From NCBI GenBank assembly GCA_026390585.1, contig JAPLFP010000173.1:269-64268 (forward strand): a DNA stretch of 64,000 nt. Direction: 5' to 3'. This DNA comes from Ignavibacteriales bacterium. Lineage in GTDB: Bacteria; Bacteroidota; Ignavibacteria; UBA10030. The notes under the pieces are model-generated. The model did not search any database and was not told the DNA's origin. It was given only the letters and a program-made list of their open reading frames with translations. The number at the start of each line of letters is the position of its first letter. Within the stretch, counting starts at the first letter, position 1. Shown here one piece after another: positions 9,864-17,769 of this stretch. The position numbers and the translations under genes were made by a program.

Positions 9864-10577
9864 CTACTCCGCCAGCGCCGCGGATGCGCCGATCACTCCA
9901 ACAGCGCCCGAGGCTCGGAGAACAGCAGCACATGCAATGATCGTGGAGCCAGTCGTTATCACATCATCTATCAAAACGAACTTCTTATCTCTTACTTCGC
10001 TGGTTCTGATCGAGGCAACTTCGAACGCCTGTTCCATGTTCTCTCGTCGCTCTTCCAGTGTAAGGACTGTTTGGGTTTTCGTATACTTCCTTCGGCGAAC
10101 GAGATCACAACGGACGGGTATCTTTGAGACCTCCGAAACGCCGCGTGCGATGAGCTCTGCCTGATTGTATCCTCGCTCCCTCAGCTTTCTTCGATGGAGC
10201 GGAACAGGGATGATGGCATTGGCACAGATCCCGTTCTCGACGAAAGACTTGCCGAGACGCCGTCCAAGTTCAAGGCCGAGTTCTTGAACTCCCGCGTACT
10301 TCAGATTGTGCACAACGGCCTGGAATACTCCCTCTTTCTCGAAAACATAAAGAGAAACCAACTCATCGACAACACCTGAAGCGACAAGCTTTTCTGCCGT
10401 CTCAGCAAACAGAGGTGATTCTCTGGTTGCGGCCCGTATCGAATTCCAGCAATCAGGGCACACCCGGTCGCCACCGTGCTCCAGAAGCCGCTGACACGAC
10501 AGACAAAGCGGTGGATAAACAAAACTTAAGAGGGCGTTGAAAAAGGATCGAAGCGATCCTCTCGAAGCGAAGGACAT
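9864..10577 (-). CDS. comFC: ComF family protein (phosphoribosyltransferase domain)
   Basis: N-terminal Cys pairs (CLSC…CPDC) plus the PRTase motif LIDDVITTGSTI. Confidence 0.75.
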   Translation of the reverse strand: MSFASRGSLRSFFNALLSFVYPPLCLSCQRLLEHGGDRVCPDCWNSIRAATRESPLFAETAEKLVASGVVDELVSLYVFEKEGVFQAVVHNLKYAGVQELGLELGRRLGKSFVENGICANAIIPVPLHRRKLRERGYNQAELIARGVSEVSKIPVRCDLVRRRKYTKTQTVLTLEERRENMEQAFEVASIRTSEVRDKKFVLIDDVITTGSTIIACAAVLRASGAVGVIGASAALAE

Positions 10578-10633
10578 GCGAGTATACCAGCGGGTTGTTG
10601 TTGCGAGGGAATAGGCGGAGCGATTCTCAGCCT

Positions 10634-12475
10634 CTATTTGTCTCCTTTCTTCTCGAGTCGTTCAATTTCATCGCGAAGCTCTGCAGCACGCTCAAATTCA
10701 AGATCCTTCGCAGCGCGGCGCATTTCTTCCTTGAGCTCCGTGAGGAGATCGCGGCGCTGTTCAGCAGTCAGGTACTTGACAACACTATCGGATACAGATG
10801 CCGCGCGGGCACCCTCCTTGCGCGCCGTTCGCTTTCCGTTCGCGTTCCGGGCCGTCCGCCCCGCTGTCTGGATGAGCGAGCGATCAGATCTGAGGAATCC
10901 CTCCTTGTCGGCATCAATGATGGCGACCATGGAGACTTCCGGCAGATCCAACCCTTCTCTGAGAAGGTTGACTCCCACGAGCACATCAAAGTCACCAAGC
11001 CGCAGATCCCTCAGGATTTCAACGCGCTCCAACGCATCGACCTCCGAATGGATGTACCGCACCTTGATGCCGATGTTCAAAAGGTATTCCGTAAGATCTT
11101 CGGCCATCCGCTTTGTGAGCGTGGTGACAAGCACACGCTCTTTCTTCTCCGCGCGGGTTCGAATCTCGGCAATCAAGTCATCGATCTGATGCTTGCTCGG
11201 GCGAACGTCGATTTCAGGATCCACGAGACCGGTTGGCCGGATAACCTGTTCGACGAAGACACCCTGGCTCATCTCGAGTTCGTAGTCACCAGGCGTTGCG
11301 CTGACGAAGATGGTTTGTTTCACCATCGAGCTCCATTCTTCAAACATCAGCGGACGGTTGTCCAACGCTGAGGGCAGGCGGAAGCCGTACTGAACCAGTG
11401 TTTCCTTCCGGGATCGGTCTCCATGGTGCATCCCACGAATTTGCGGGACGGTGACGTGCGATTCGTCGATGACGGTCAGGAAGTCTTTGGGGAAGTAGTC
11501 CAACAAACAATATGGTCGTGATCCTGGAGGTCTCCCCGCCAGATGGCGGGAGTAGTTCTCGATTCCCGAGCAGTGCCCGATCTCTTTCATCATCTCCATG
11601 TCAAATCGAGTCCGTTGCTCAAGACGCTGTGCTTCCAGGAGTTTTCCCTGCTCTCGTAACTCTGCAAGCCGTTCCTTCAATTCCACATCGATCGTCTTCA
11701 GCGCGCGCTCGATGCTCGGCCGGGTCGTAACAAACTGCTTTGCAGGATAGACAATTTCAAAATCCGTCTCTGACAGAATCTTTCCGTCGGTCTTCTGAAT
11801 ATAGGAGAGTCGCTCAATCTCATCCCCAAAGAATTCGATCCGGATCGCCTCCTCGATCTCGTACCCAGGAATGATCTCCACAACATCGCCCCGCACTCTG
11901 AAGGAGCCCCGCGAAAACTCGTAGTCGTTCCGGGTATAGAGCATGTCGAGCAGCTTTTTCAGAATTTCATTGCGCGTAACCTTCTGTCCTTTGCGCAACG
12001 TCAGGGTCTGTGCGAGCCATTCCTCCGGTGCTCCGATACCGTAGATACAGCTTACAGATGCGACGACTATGACATTGGGATCGCCGCTGAGCAAAGCGCT
12101 CGTCGCACGCAACCGCAGCCTGTCGATTTCTTCATTGATGGAAGAATCCTTCGCAATGTACGTGTCCGTTGAGGGGACGTACGCTTCGGGTTGATAGTAG
12201 TCATAGTAACTGATGAAGAACTCGACCCGATTCTTCGGAAAGAACCCTCTGAACTCGCTGTACAGCTGAGCCGCAAGCGTCTTGTTGTGAGAGAGGATCA
12301 GCACAGGCCTGTTGATGCTCTGGATGACGTTGGAAACCGTGAAGGTTTTCCCGCTGCCGGTCACTCCGAGGAGAGTTTGGAATCGGTCACCGCGCACAAC
12401 TCCCTCGATCAACTGCTTGATCGCTTCCGGCTGGTCGCCGCTGGGCTTGTATTCCGATATCAAGTTGAAAGGCAT
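10634..12475 (-). CDS. uvrB: Excinuclease ABC subunit B, with an apparent internal deletion
   Basis: Motifs: [32 protein letters not shown], and the C-terminal UVR motif [17 protein letters not shown] at 12475 (MPFNL…) is preferred. It is about 613 aa versus about 660-670 typical, and the segment after motif VI is missing. Confidence 0.85.
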   Translation of the reverse strand: MPFNLISEYKPSGDQPEAIKQLIEGVVRGDRFQTLLGVTGSGKTFTVSNVIQSINRPVLILSHNKTLAAQLYSEFRGFFPKNRVEFFISYYDYYQPEAYVPSTDTYIAKDSSINEEIDRLRLRATSALLSGDPNVIVVASVSCIYGIGAPEEWLAQTLTLRKGQKVTRNEILKKLLDMLYTRNDYEFSRGSFRVRGDVVEIIPGYEIEEAIRIEFFGDEIERLSYIQKTDGKILSETDFEIVYPAKQFVTTRPSIERALKTIDVELKERLAELREQGKLLEAQRLEQRTRFDMEMMKEIGHCSGIENYSRHLAGRPPGSRPYCLLDYFPKDFLTVIDESHVTVPQIRGMHHGDRSRKETLVQYGFRLPSALDNRPLMFEEWSSMVKQTIFVSATPGDYELEMSQGVFVEQVIRPTGLVDPEIDVRPSKHQIDDLIAEIRTRAEKKERVLVTTLTKRMAEDLTEYLLNIGIKVRYIHSEVDALERVEILRDLRLGDFDVLVGVNLLREGLDLPEVSMVAIIDADKEGFLRSDRSLIQTAGRTARNANGKRTARKEGARAASVSDSVVKYLTAEQRRDLLTELKEEMRRAAKDLEFERAAELRDEIERLEKKGDK

Positions 12476-12486
12476 CTCAGGGATTT

Positions 12487-12530
12487 TCGATTGTCGATTC
12501 GCGATTGCCGATTGAGGCGGGGCAATCGAC
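12487..12530. repeat. Four tandem 7-nt units (TCGATTG TCGATTC GCGATTG CCGATTG) plus an inverted CAATCG
   Basis: Read directly at 12487..12514, with an inverted copy at 12523..12528. It lies in the 72-bp spacer between the four-helix-bundle gene stop and the uvrB start. Confidence 0.7.
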
Positions 12531-12547
12531 AGCAAAAGGAAAGAAAT

Positions 12548-12943
12548 TTACATGTTCGCGGAATTGCGCTTTGCCGTAATTCTTGACGCAGCGAGAATCT
12601 TCGTAAGTTGTTCTGCTTCGTTGATGAGCGGTTTGATTTCGGGCAGTTTCACCTTCTTGCATTCCACCAGCATCTCCAGCCAGAAGAGTGTCTCATCGGC
12701 CTCTTCCTCGACTATTCCAAGCTTGTTCACAAAATCTGCCTTTGATCTTGAACGACAGACGGCCCGATAGTTAGCAGCAACGGACGTGGCGGAACGAATG
12801 ACCTGGTAGCCGGCCACGTCCCCCATCTTGGACTTATCCAGCCGCTCGACCAAATCAACGACCTTCACAGCAAAAGTCCGAGTTCTAGATTTCAATTCTT
12901 CGGAGTTCACTTCCGTCGACCCAGAATAAATCGAAAATCTCAA
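12548..12943 (-). CDS. Four-helix-bundle protein (23S rRNA intervening-sequence protein / Avd-like family)
   Basis: Family signature …QVIRSATSVAANYRAV…SKADFVNKLGIVEEEADETLFWLEML…. The start is uncertain: TTG at 12943 overlaps the upstream stop as TTGA, and GTG at 12910 is the alternative. Confidence 0.7.
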   Translation of the reverse strand: MRFSIYSGSTEVNSEELKSRTRTFAVKVVDLVERLDKSKMGDVAGYQVIRSATSVAANYRAVCRSRSKADFVNKLGIVEEEADETLFWLEMLVECKKVKLPEIKPLINEAEQLTKILAASRITAKRNSANM

Positions 12944-13395
12944 ACAGTTTGTTCCTTCCCTCCCGTTCGTGCAATAAAGAGGAACGCATCACGGACGAAG
13001 TCGGCGGCGTTCGCTTCAAATCCCGGTGGAATTCCCTTTTTCAAAGTTTCGTACGGTACCGGGCTTCCGCCGGCGGAGATCGTCATATTAGGATTGATGA
13101 TAATCGCACGCGCGGCACCGGCACATTTCATCATGACGCTTGCCTTGATATTCGGGAAATTGGCTTCGATGACCGGGTCGACGTGAACGGGGATTTTCAT
13201 AATCTTCATCGTTTCCCACGAATCGGCCTCGGCCTCTATGTTCTGCATCTTGAGAAATGCAATGCTCTCTTGGACGCAGCGGCGTGCCAGGTCTGCCACT
13301 TCAGAGGCTACAAGAAAGAACTTGTCGCGGTCTGTAGTGAATTTGCTCCACTCTTTGACAGTGTTGACGAGAATAGCTTTGGAGGCTTCGTTCAT
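12940..13395 (-). CDS. Hypothetical protein (151 aa), no recognisable domain
   Basis: ATG at 13395 is preceded by GAGAGGA. The stop overlaps the start of the downstream four-helix-bundle gene. Confidence 0.5.
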   Translation of the reverse strand: MNEASKAILVNTVKEWSKFTTDRDKFFLVASEVADLARRCVQESIAFLKMQNIEAEADSWETMKIMKIPVHVDPVIEANFPNIKASVMMKCAGAARAIIINPNMTISAGGSPVPYETLKKGIPPGFEANAADFVRDAFLFIARTGGKEQTV

Positions 13396-13555
13396 ACAAT
13401 CCTCTCGAGAGATTTTGATCGGGGTTACTTGCTGGAATATAGTGCCACTTCGACATCTAGCTCAGTGTTTCGCATCTAATATACGTCTTCGCTGTGCTGT
13501 TTGCAAGACACCAGCGCCTTGCTTCCATGAGTTTCGTTTGGTACTTTAGGCCACC

Positions 13556-13897
13556 ATGCGTCATTTGATGCCCGCCATTTTGCTCCTTTTCGTAATTCTC
13601 ACGCTGATGTGCAGTTGCGCAAAGCGGAAAGAGAACCTGACTCCCGACGACGAGAAACTCGTGCCTGTGTACACCGGACTTCTCCTGTTGAGTGAAGAAT
13701 ACAAAGCCTCGGCTTCACAACCGGACTCGATCGCGTATCGGCAGGAGGTCGACTCAATTTTGTCGAAAAACGGGTTGACTCGTGAACTTTTTTTGAACAG
13801 GCTAAAGGTCCTCGCTCAATCCCCTCTGGTGTATCAGCAATTCACCGAGAAGGTCCGCAAAGACATCGAACATCGAAAACCCAAGCAGCCATCCTAG
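13556..13897 (+). CDS. Small lipoprotein, hypothetical
   Basis: Signal peptide with a lipobox-like LTLMCSC. 113 aa, sitting immediately upstream of the M16 peptidase pair. Confidence 0.5.
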   Translation: MRHLMPAILLLFVILTLMCSCAKRKENLTPDDEKLVPVYTGLLLLSEEYKASASQPDSIAYRQEVDSILSKNGLTRELFLNRLKVLAQSPLVYQQFTEKVRKDIEHRKPKQPS

Positions 13898-13924
13898 CCA
13901 TCACCTCTCCGAGGAGTAAACGAC

Positions 13925-15418
13925 ATGCGAAAACCATCCGTTCGGTTTCTCCTTCTTTGTGCGCTCGTCCCCTGGGTTCTTCCTGCTCAGGACGGTTTTA
14001 AGGCCGTTCAGAACCAGGTCGTCGAACATACATTGAAGAATGGACTCAAGTTTCTCATTCTCCCCCGACACGACGCGCCTGTGGTCTCGTTCCATACCTA
14101 CGTCAGCGTCGGTGCAGTGAACGAGAGTCGCGGGATCACCGGGCTCGCGCACATCTTCGAGCACCTGGCCTTCAAGGGGACAACAGACGTTGGCACGAAA
14201 GACTATAAGAAAGAAAAGGTCGCTCTCGAAGCATTAGACAAGTCATGGACAGCGTGGAGGGCCGAAGAGCTCAAGGGTTCAAACATCGACTCAACAAAGC
14301 TGAGACAGTTGCGAGAGGCATTTGAGAAATCTCAGGAAGCGGCATCGGCTCTGGTGGAAAATGGGGAATTTGATAAAGCTATCGAAGAGCAAGGAGGCGT
14401 CGGTCTCAACGCAAGCACGGGGGCAGACGCGACGCAGTACTTCTTCAGCCTGCCGTCCAACAAACTCGAGCTTTGGTTCTCCCTCGAATCGGCTCGCTTC
14501 TTCGATCCGGTCATACGTGATTTCTACAAAGAAAAAGATGTCGTGATGGAAGAACGCAGAATGCGGACGGAAAGCAGTCCCACCGGCAAGTTGGTTGAAG
14601 AGTTCTTGGCCGTTGCGTACAAGTCCCATCCGTACAAGGAGCCGGTCATCGGTCACCTCTCGGACCTTGAGGGCATCACACATGAGGAAGCTCTCGCGTT
14701 CTTCAAGAAGTACTACGTGCCTTCAAACATGGTCATCGCCATTGTGGGTGACGTCGATCCGAAAGAGACCATGAGACTTGCGGAATTGTATTTCGGCCGG
14801 ATTCCTGCGGGTCCTCCTCCTCCGGGAGTTCGCACGGTCGAGCCGGAGCAGAAGAGCGAACGGAGTGTTGTCCTGAGGGAAGAATCACAACGCATCCTAC
14901 TGGTCGGTTACAAGAAGGGATCCATCAACCACCCGGACGATGCTGTGTACGAGGCGATCTCCGACATTCTGAGCTCTGGTCGCACCTCAAGGCTCTACAA
15001 GTCGCTCGTCCGCGACAAGAAGCTCGCCATTCAGGCAGGAGGGTTCTCAGGCTTTCCCGGTCAGAAATATCCAAATCTCTTTGCGTTCTTTGCGGTGGCG
15101 GCGCAGGGAAAAACAAATGAGGAATGTCTCGCTGCAATTGATGAAGAGATTGCCAAGATGAAAAAAGATCCCATCAGTGACGAGGACCTCAAAGCCGTGA
15201 AGACCCGCGCACGAGCAGACCTGATCCGTGGTTTGAGATCCAATGCCGGAATGGCAGGCCAACTCACATACTTTCAGGCGATGACGGGCGATTGGCATAA
15301 CCTCTTCAGACAACTTGACAAAATCAACGCGGTGACCGCCGCTGACATTCAACGCGTGGCGAACAGCGTGTTCGTCAATTCGAATCGTACCATCGGCACA
15401 CTTGAACCGGTGAAATAG
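13925..15418 (+). CDS. M16 family (pitrilysin/insulinase) zinc peptidase, catalytic subunit
   Basis: Signal peptide and the inverted zinc motif HxxEH (GLAHIFEHLAFKGT). 497 aa. Confidence 0.85.
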   Translation: MRKPSVRFLLLCALVPWVLPAQDGFKAVQNQVVEHTLKNGLKFLILPRHDAPVVSFHTYVSVGAVNESRGITGLAHIFEHLAFKGTTDVGTKDYKKEKVALEALDKSWTAWRAEELKGSNIDSTKLRQLREAFEKSQEAASALVENGEFDKAIEEQGGVGLNASTGADATQYFFSLPSNKLELWFSLESARFFDPVIRDFYKEKDVVMEERRMRTESSPTGKLVEEFLAVAYKSHPYKEPVIGHLSDLEGITHEEALAFFKKYYVPSNMVIAIVGDVDPKETMRLAELYFGRIPAGPPPPGVRTVEPEQKSERSVVLREESQRILLVGYKKGSINHPDDAVYEAISDILSSGRTSRLYKSLVRDKKLAIQAGGFSGFPGQKYPNLFAFFAVAAQGKTNEECLAAIDEEIAKMKKDPISDEDLKAVKTRARADLIRGLRSNAGMAGQLTYFQAMTGDWHNLFRQLDKINAVTAADIQRVANSVFVNSNRTIGTLEPVK

Positions 15419-15430
15419 GGAGAGATTGCC

Positions 15431-17563
15431 ATGAAAACCTATCGCGTACTGACGATTGCTCTTCTGACCTTCGGCTTCGTGTGTATCGGTTCAGGGCAGA
15501 CCGGTACGAAGCCGCTGCAATACAAGAAATTGAAATACCCTCCGTTGCGGCAGGTCCAGATTCCGGAGCCCCTGAAGTTCCAACTCGGCAATGGAATGAT
15601 TGTCTATCTTCTTGAAGACCGCACGCTTCCTCTGATCGAAGGGTCGGTTCTCGTCCGCACCGGATCACAGTACGAACCTGCAGATCAGATCGGATTAGCG
15701 TCACTGACCGGCGAGGTGATGCGAACAGGCGGCACAACGTCGAAGACGGGGGAGCAACTCGACGAGATGCTGGAGAAGGCCGGCGCGTCGGTGGAGACGT
15801 ATATCGGAACCACATCTGGCGGTGCCAACCTCTCCGTCCTCAAGGAGGACTTCGATATGGGGCTGAGCGTCCTTGCCGACGTACTCAAGAACCCTGCATT
15901 CCGTGACGATAAAATCGAACTCGCCAAAATCAGTGCCCGGTCTGAGATTTCCCGACGCAATGACGACGTGGGATCAATCGCGGGAAGGGAATTCAGAAGA
16001 CTCATCTATGGCCCGAACGATCCCTTTTCTCGCATGGCAGAATATGCGACGATTGAGAACATCGAGAAAAAGGACCTCGTTGAATTCCACAGGAAATTCT
16101 ACGCTCCGAACAATATCATGATTGCCCTCTGGGGCGATTTCGACGCGAAGGAAATGAAAGCCAAGGTTGAGCAGGCTTTCGGTAGCTGGGAACGCAAGGA
16201 AGTCAGCCTTTCGAAAGTACCGGAGCCAAAACTGGCGTCAGAGAAAACCGTCAACTTCATCAAGAAGGATGATGTCAACCAGTCCAACATCTTTCTTGGA
16301 CATCTCGGAGGAGTGCTTCGGGATCCCGAAAGCGGGCCGCTGAATGTTGCCGATCAGGCGTTTGGCGGAACCATGGCGTCGCGGCTCTTCAAGAAAGTAA
16401 GGTCAGAGCAGGGCCTTGCCTATTCAGTCGGGAGCAACTGGGGTGAGGGATACGATCGTTCAGGTGTCTTTCAGTTGAGAGGCTCGACGAAGTCAGGGTC
16501 GACGATCAAAATGGTGAAGTCCATTACAAGTGAGTTTGAAAACTTCATCAAGAACGGTATTACCGACGAAGAACTGAAATTCGCAAAAGATTCGTATCTC
16601 AATTCGTTTGTCTTCCGATTTGACACGAAAGGGAAGATCATCAATGAACTGATGACGCTGGAATATTCCAGGTATCCGAAAGACTTCATCCAGCAACAGC
16701 AGAAGGACATTCAGAACGCCACAAAACAAAGCGTCAATGACGCAGTGAAGAAGCGCTGGAAGCCCGAAGCCCTGGCGCTCCTGGTCGTCGGCAAGGAATC
16801 GGATTTTGACGAACCGATGAGCTCACTGGGGATGAAGGTCCGGACGATCGACATTACCATCCCCGCCCCGCCGGAGAAACTCCCTGAGCCGACGCCGGAG
16901 ACAACAGTAAAAGGAAAAGACATCTTGAAGAAAGCTGCGATGGCAATGGGCGGCCCGGCTCTTCTAGGTATCAAGGACATCATTCTTGTGGGAAAGCAAC
17001 TGCAGGTGACACCGATGGGCGAGTTTGCCATGGATGCAGAAATCAAAGTCGTCCGACCCAACAAGATGCTCGCACACATGAAGACTCCGATGGGCGACAT
17101 GACGATGGTCTTCGATGGAAACAACGCCTGGGTGAAAAGTCCGATGGGGACACAAGATCTGCCCGGATCGCAACGAGAGGAAATGGTTCAGCAGGTCTAT
17201 GGTGACGTCTATTACATTCTGCAGATCGCGGAGAAAGGCGAGTACGCCTTCCAATATCTGAAGGACGATTCCATTGACGGAAAAGCGATGAGCGTCGTCC
17301 TCGCACGCCACGCCCCATCCAAGTTCAACTTGCAGTTGTTCATCGATTCAAAGACCGGCCTGGTCATCAAGAAGGTCTCGAAACAAACCGGCCAGAAAGG
17401 TCCCGTAACCAACGAGGAAGTGTATTCCGACTATCGGCTTGTGGACGGCGTCCAATTTCCGTTCAAGACAGTCGGAACCAGCGACGGGAAGAAAGTGTCC
17501 GAGTTGACACTGACCTCAGTCAAGCTGAACGCGGGGGTCAAAGAAGATGTGTTCAAGAAATAG
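15431..17563 (+). CDS. M16 family peptidase-like protein, non-catalytic, with a C-terminal extension of about 240 aa
   Basis: Signal peptide. At the HxxEH position it reads GLASLTGEVMRTGG, so no zinc ligands. It is 710 aa versus about 450 typical. The extension (from about 16838) is beta-rich and looks LolA or lipoprotein-sorting-like. Confidence 0.75.
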   Translation: MKTYRVLTIALLTFGFVCIGSGQTGTKPLQYKKLKYPPLRQVQIPEPLKFQLGNGMIVYLLEDRTLPLIEGSVLVRTGSQYEPADQIGLASLTGEVMRTGGTTSKTGEQLDEMLEKAGASVETYIGTTSGGANLSVLKEDFDMGLSVLADVLKNPAFRDDKIELAKISARSEISRRNDDVGSIAGREFRRLIYGPNDPFSRMAEYATIENIEKKDLVEFHRKFYAPNNIMIALWGDFDAKEMKAKVEQAFGSWERKEVSLSKVPEPKLASEKTVNFIKKDDVNQSNIFLGHLGGVLRDPESGPLNVADQAFGGTMASRLFKKVRSEQGLAYSVGSNWGEGYDRSGVFQLRGSTKSGSTIKMVKSITSEFENFIKNGITDEELKFAKDSYLNSFVFRFDTKGKIINELMTLEYSRYPKDFIQQQQKDIQNATKQSVNDAVKKRWKPEALALLVVGKESDFDEPMSSLGMKVRTIDITIPAPPEKLPEPTPETTVKGKDILKKAAMAMGGPALLGIKDIILVGKQLQVTPMGEFAMDAEIKVVRPNKMLAHMKTPMGDMTMVFDGNNAWVKSPMGTQDLPGSQREEMVQQVYGDVYYILQIAEKGEYAFQYLKDDSIDGKAMSVVLARHAPSKFNLQLFIDSKTGLVIKKVSKQTGQKGPVTNEEVYSDYRLVDGVQFPFKTVGTSDGKKVSELTLTSVKLNAGVKEDVFKK

Positions 17564-17587
17564 GATTGACTCATAGGCCCCCTCGGG

Positions 17588-17611
17588 GTGTCAGGGTTCA
17601 CAACCTGACAC
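17588..17611. repeat. GTGTCAGG…CCTGACAC palindromic element (copy 1)
   Basis: GTGTCAGGGTT-CAC-AACCTGACAC, preceded by a small GC hairpin GGCCCCCTCGGGG. Confidence 0.6.
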
Positions 17612-17692
17612 TTCTGTCCCTTCACAATGCCGGAAAGGTGTTACGAAATGGTTCGTGACACCACAGGAAACTCCGCCGCGAGCGGATCGGAC

Positions 17693-17730
17693 AAAAAAAA
17701 CCTCCAGATGTTCTTCATCTGGAGGTTTTT
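17693..17730. terminator. Bidirectional rho-independent terminator
   Basis: A8 run, 10-bp stem CCTCCAGATG / CATCTGGAGG (17701..17710 / 17716..17725), then T5 run. It lies between the convergent M16 (+) and histidine kinase (-) genes. Confidence 0.85.
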
Positions 17731-17769
17731 CATTTCATTCGATGAGCGTTGCACCGACGGAGTGGGCCT

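Noticed and set aside
12548-12943. A diversity-generating retroelement, suggested by the Avd-like four-helix-bundle protein.
   Set aside because: There is no reverse transcriptase gene and no template/variable repeat pair detectable within the window. The family is also common outside DGRs.
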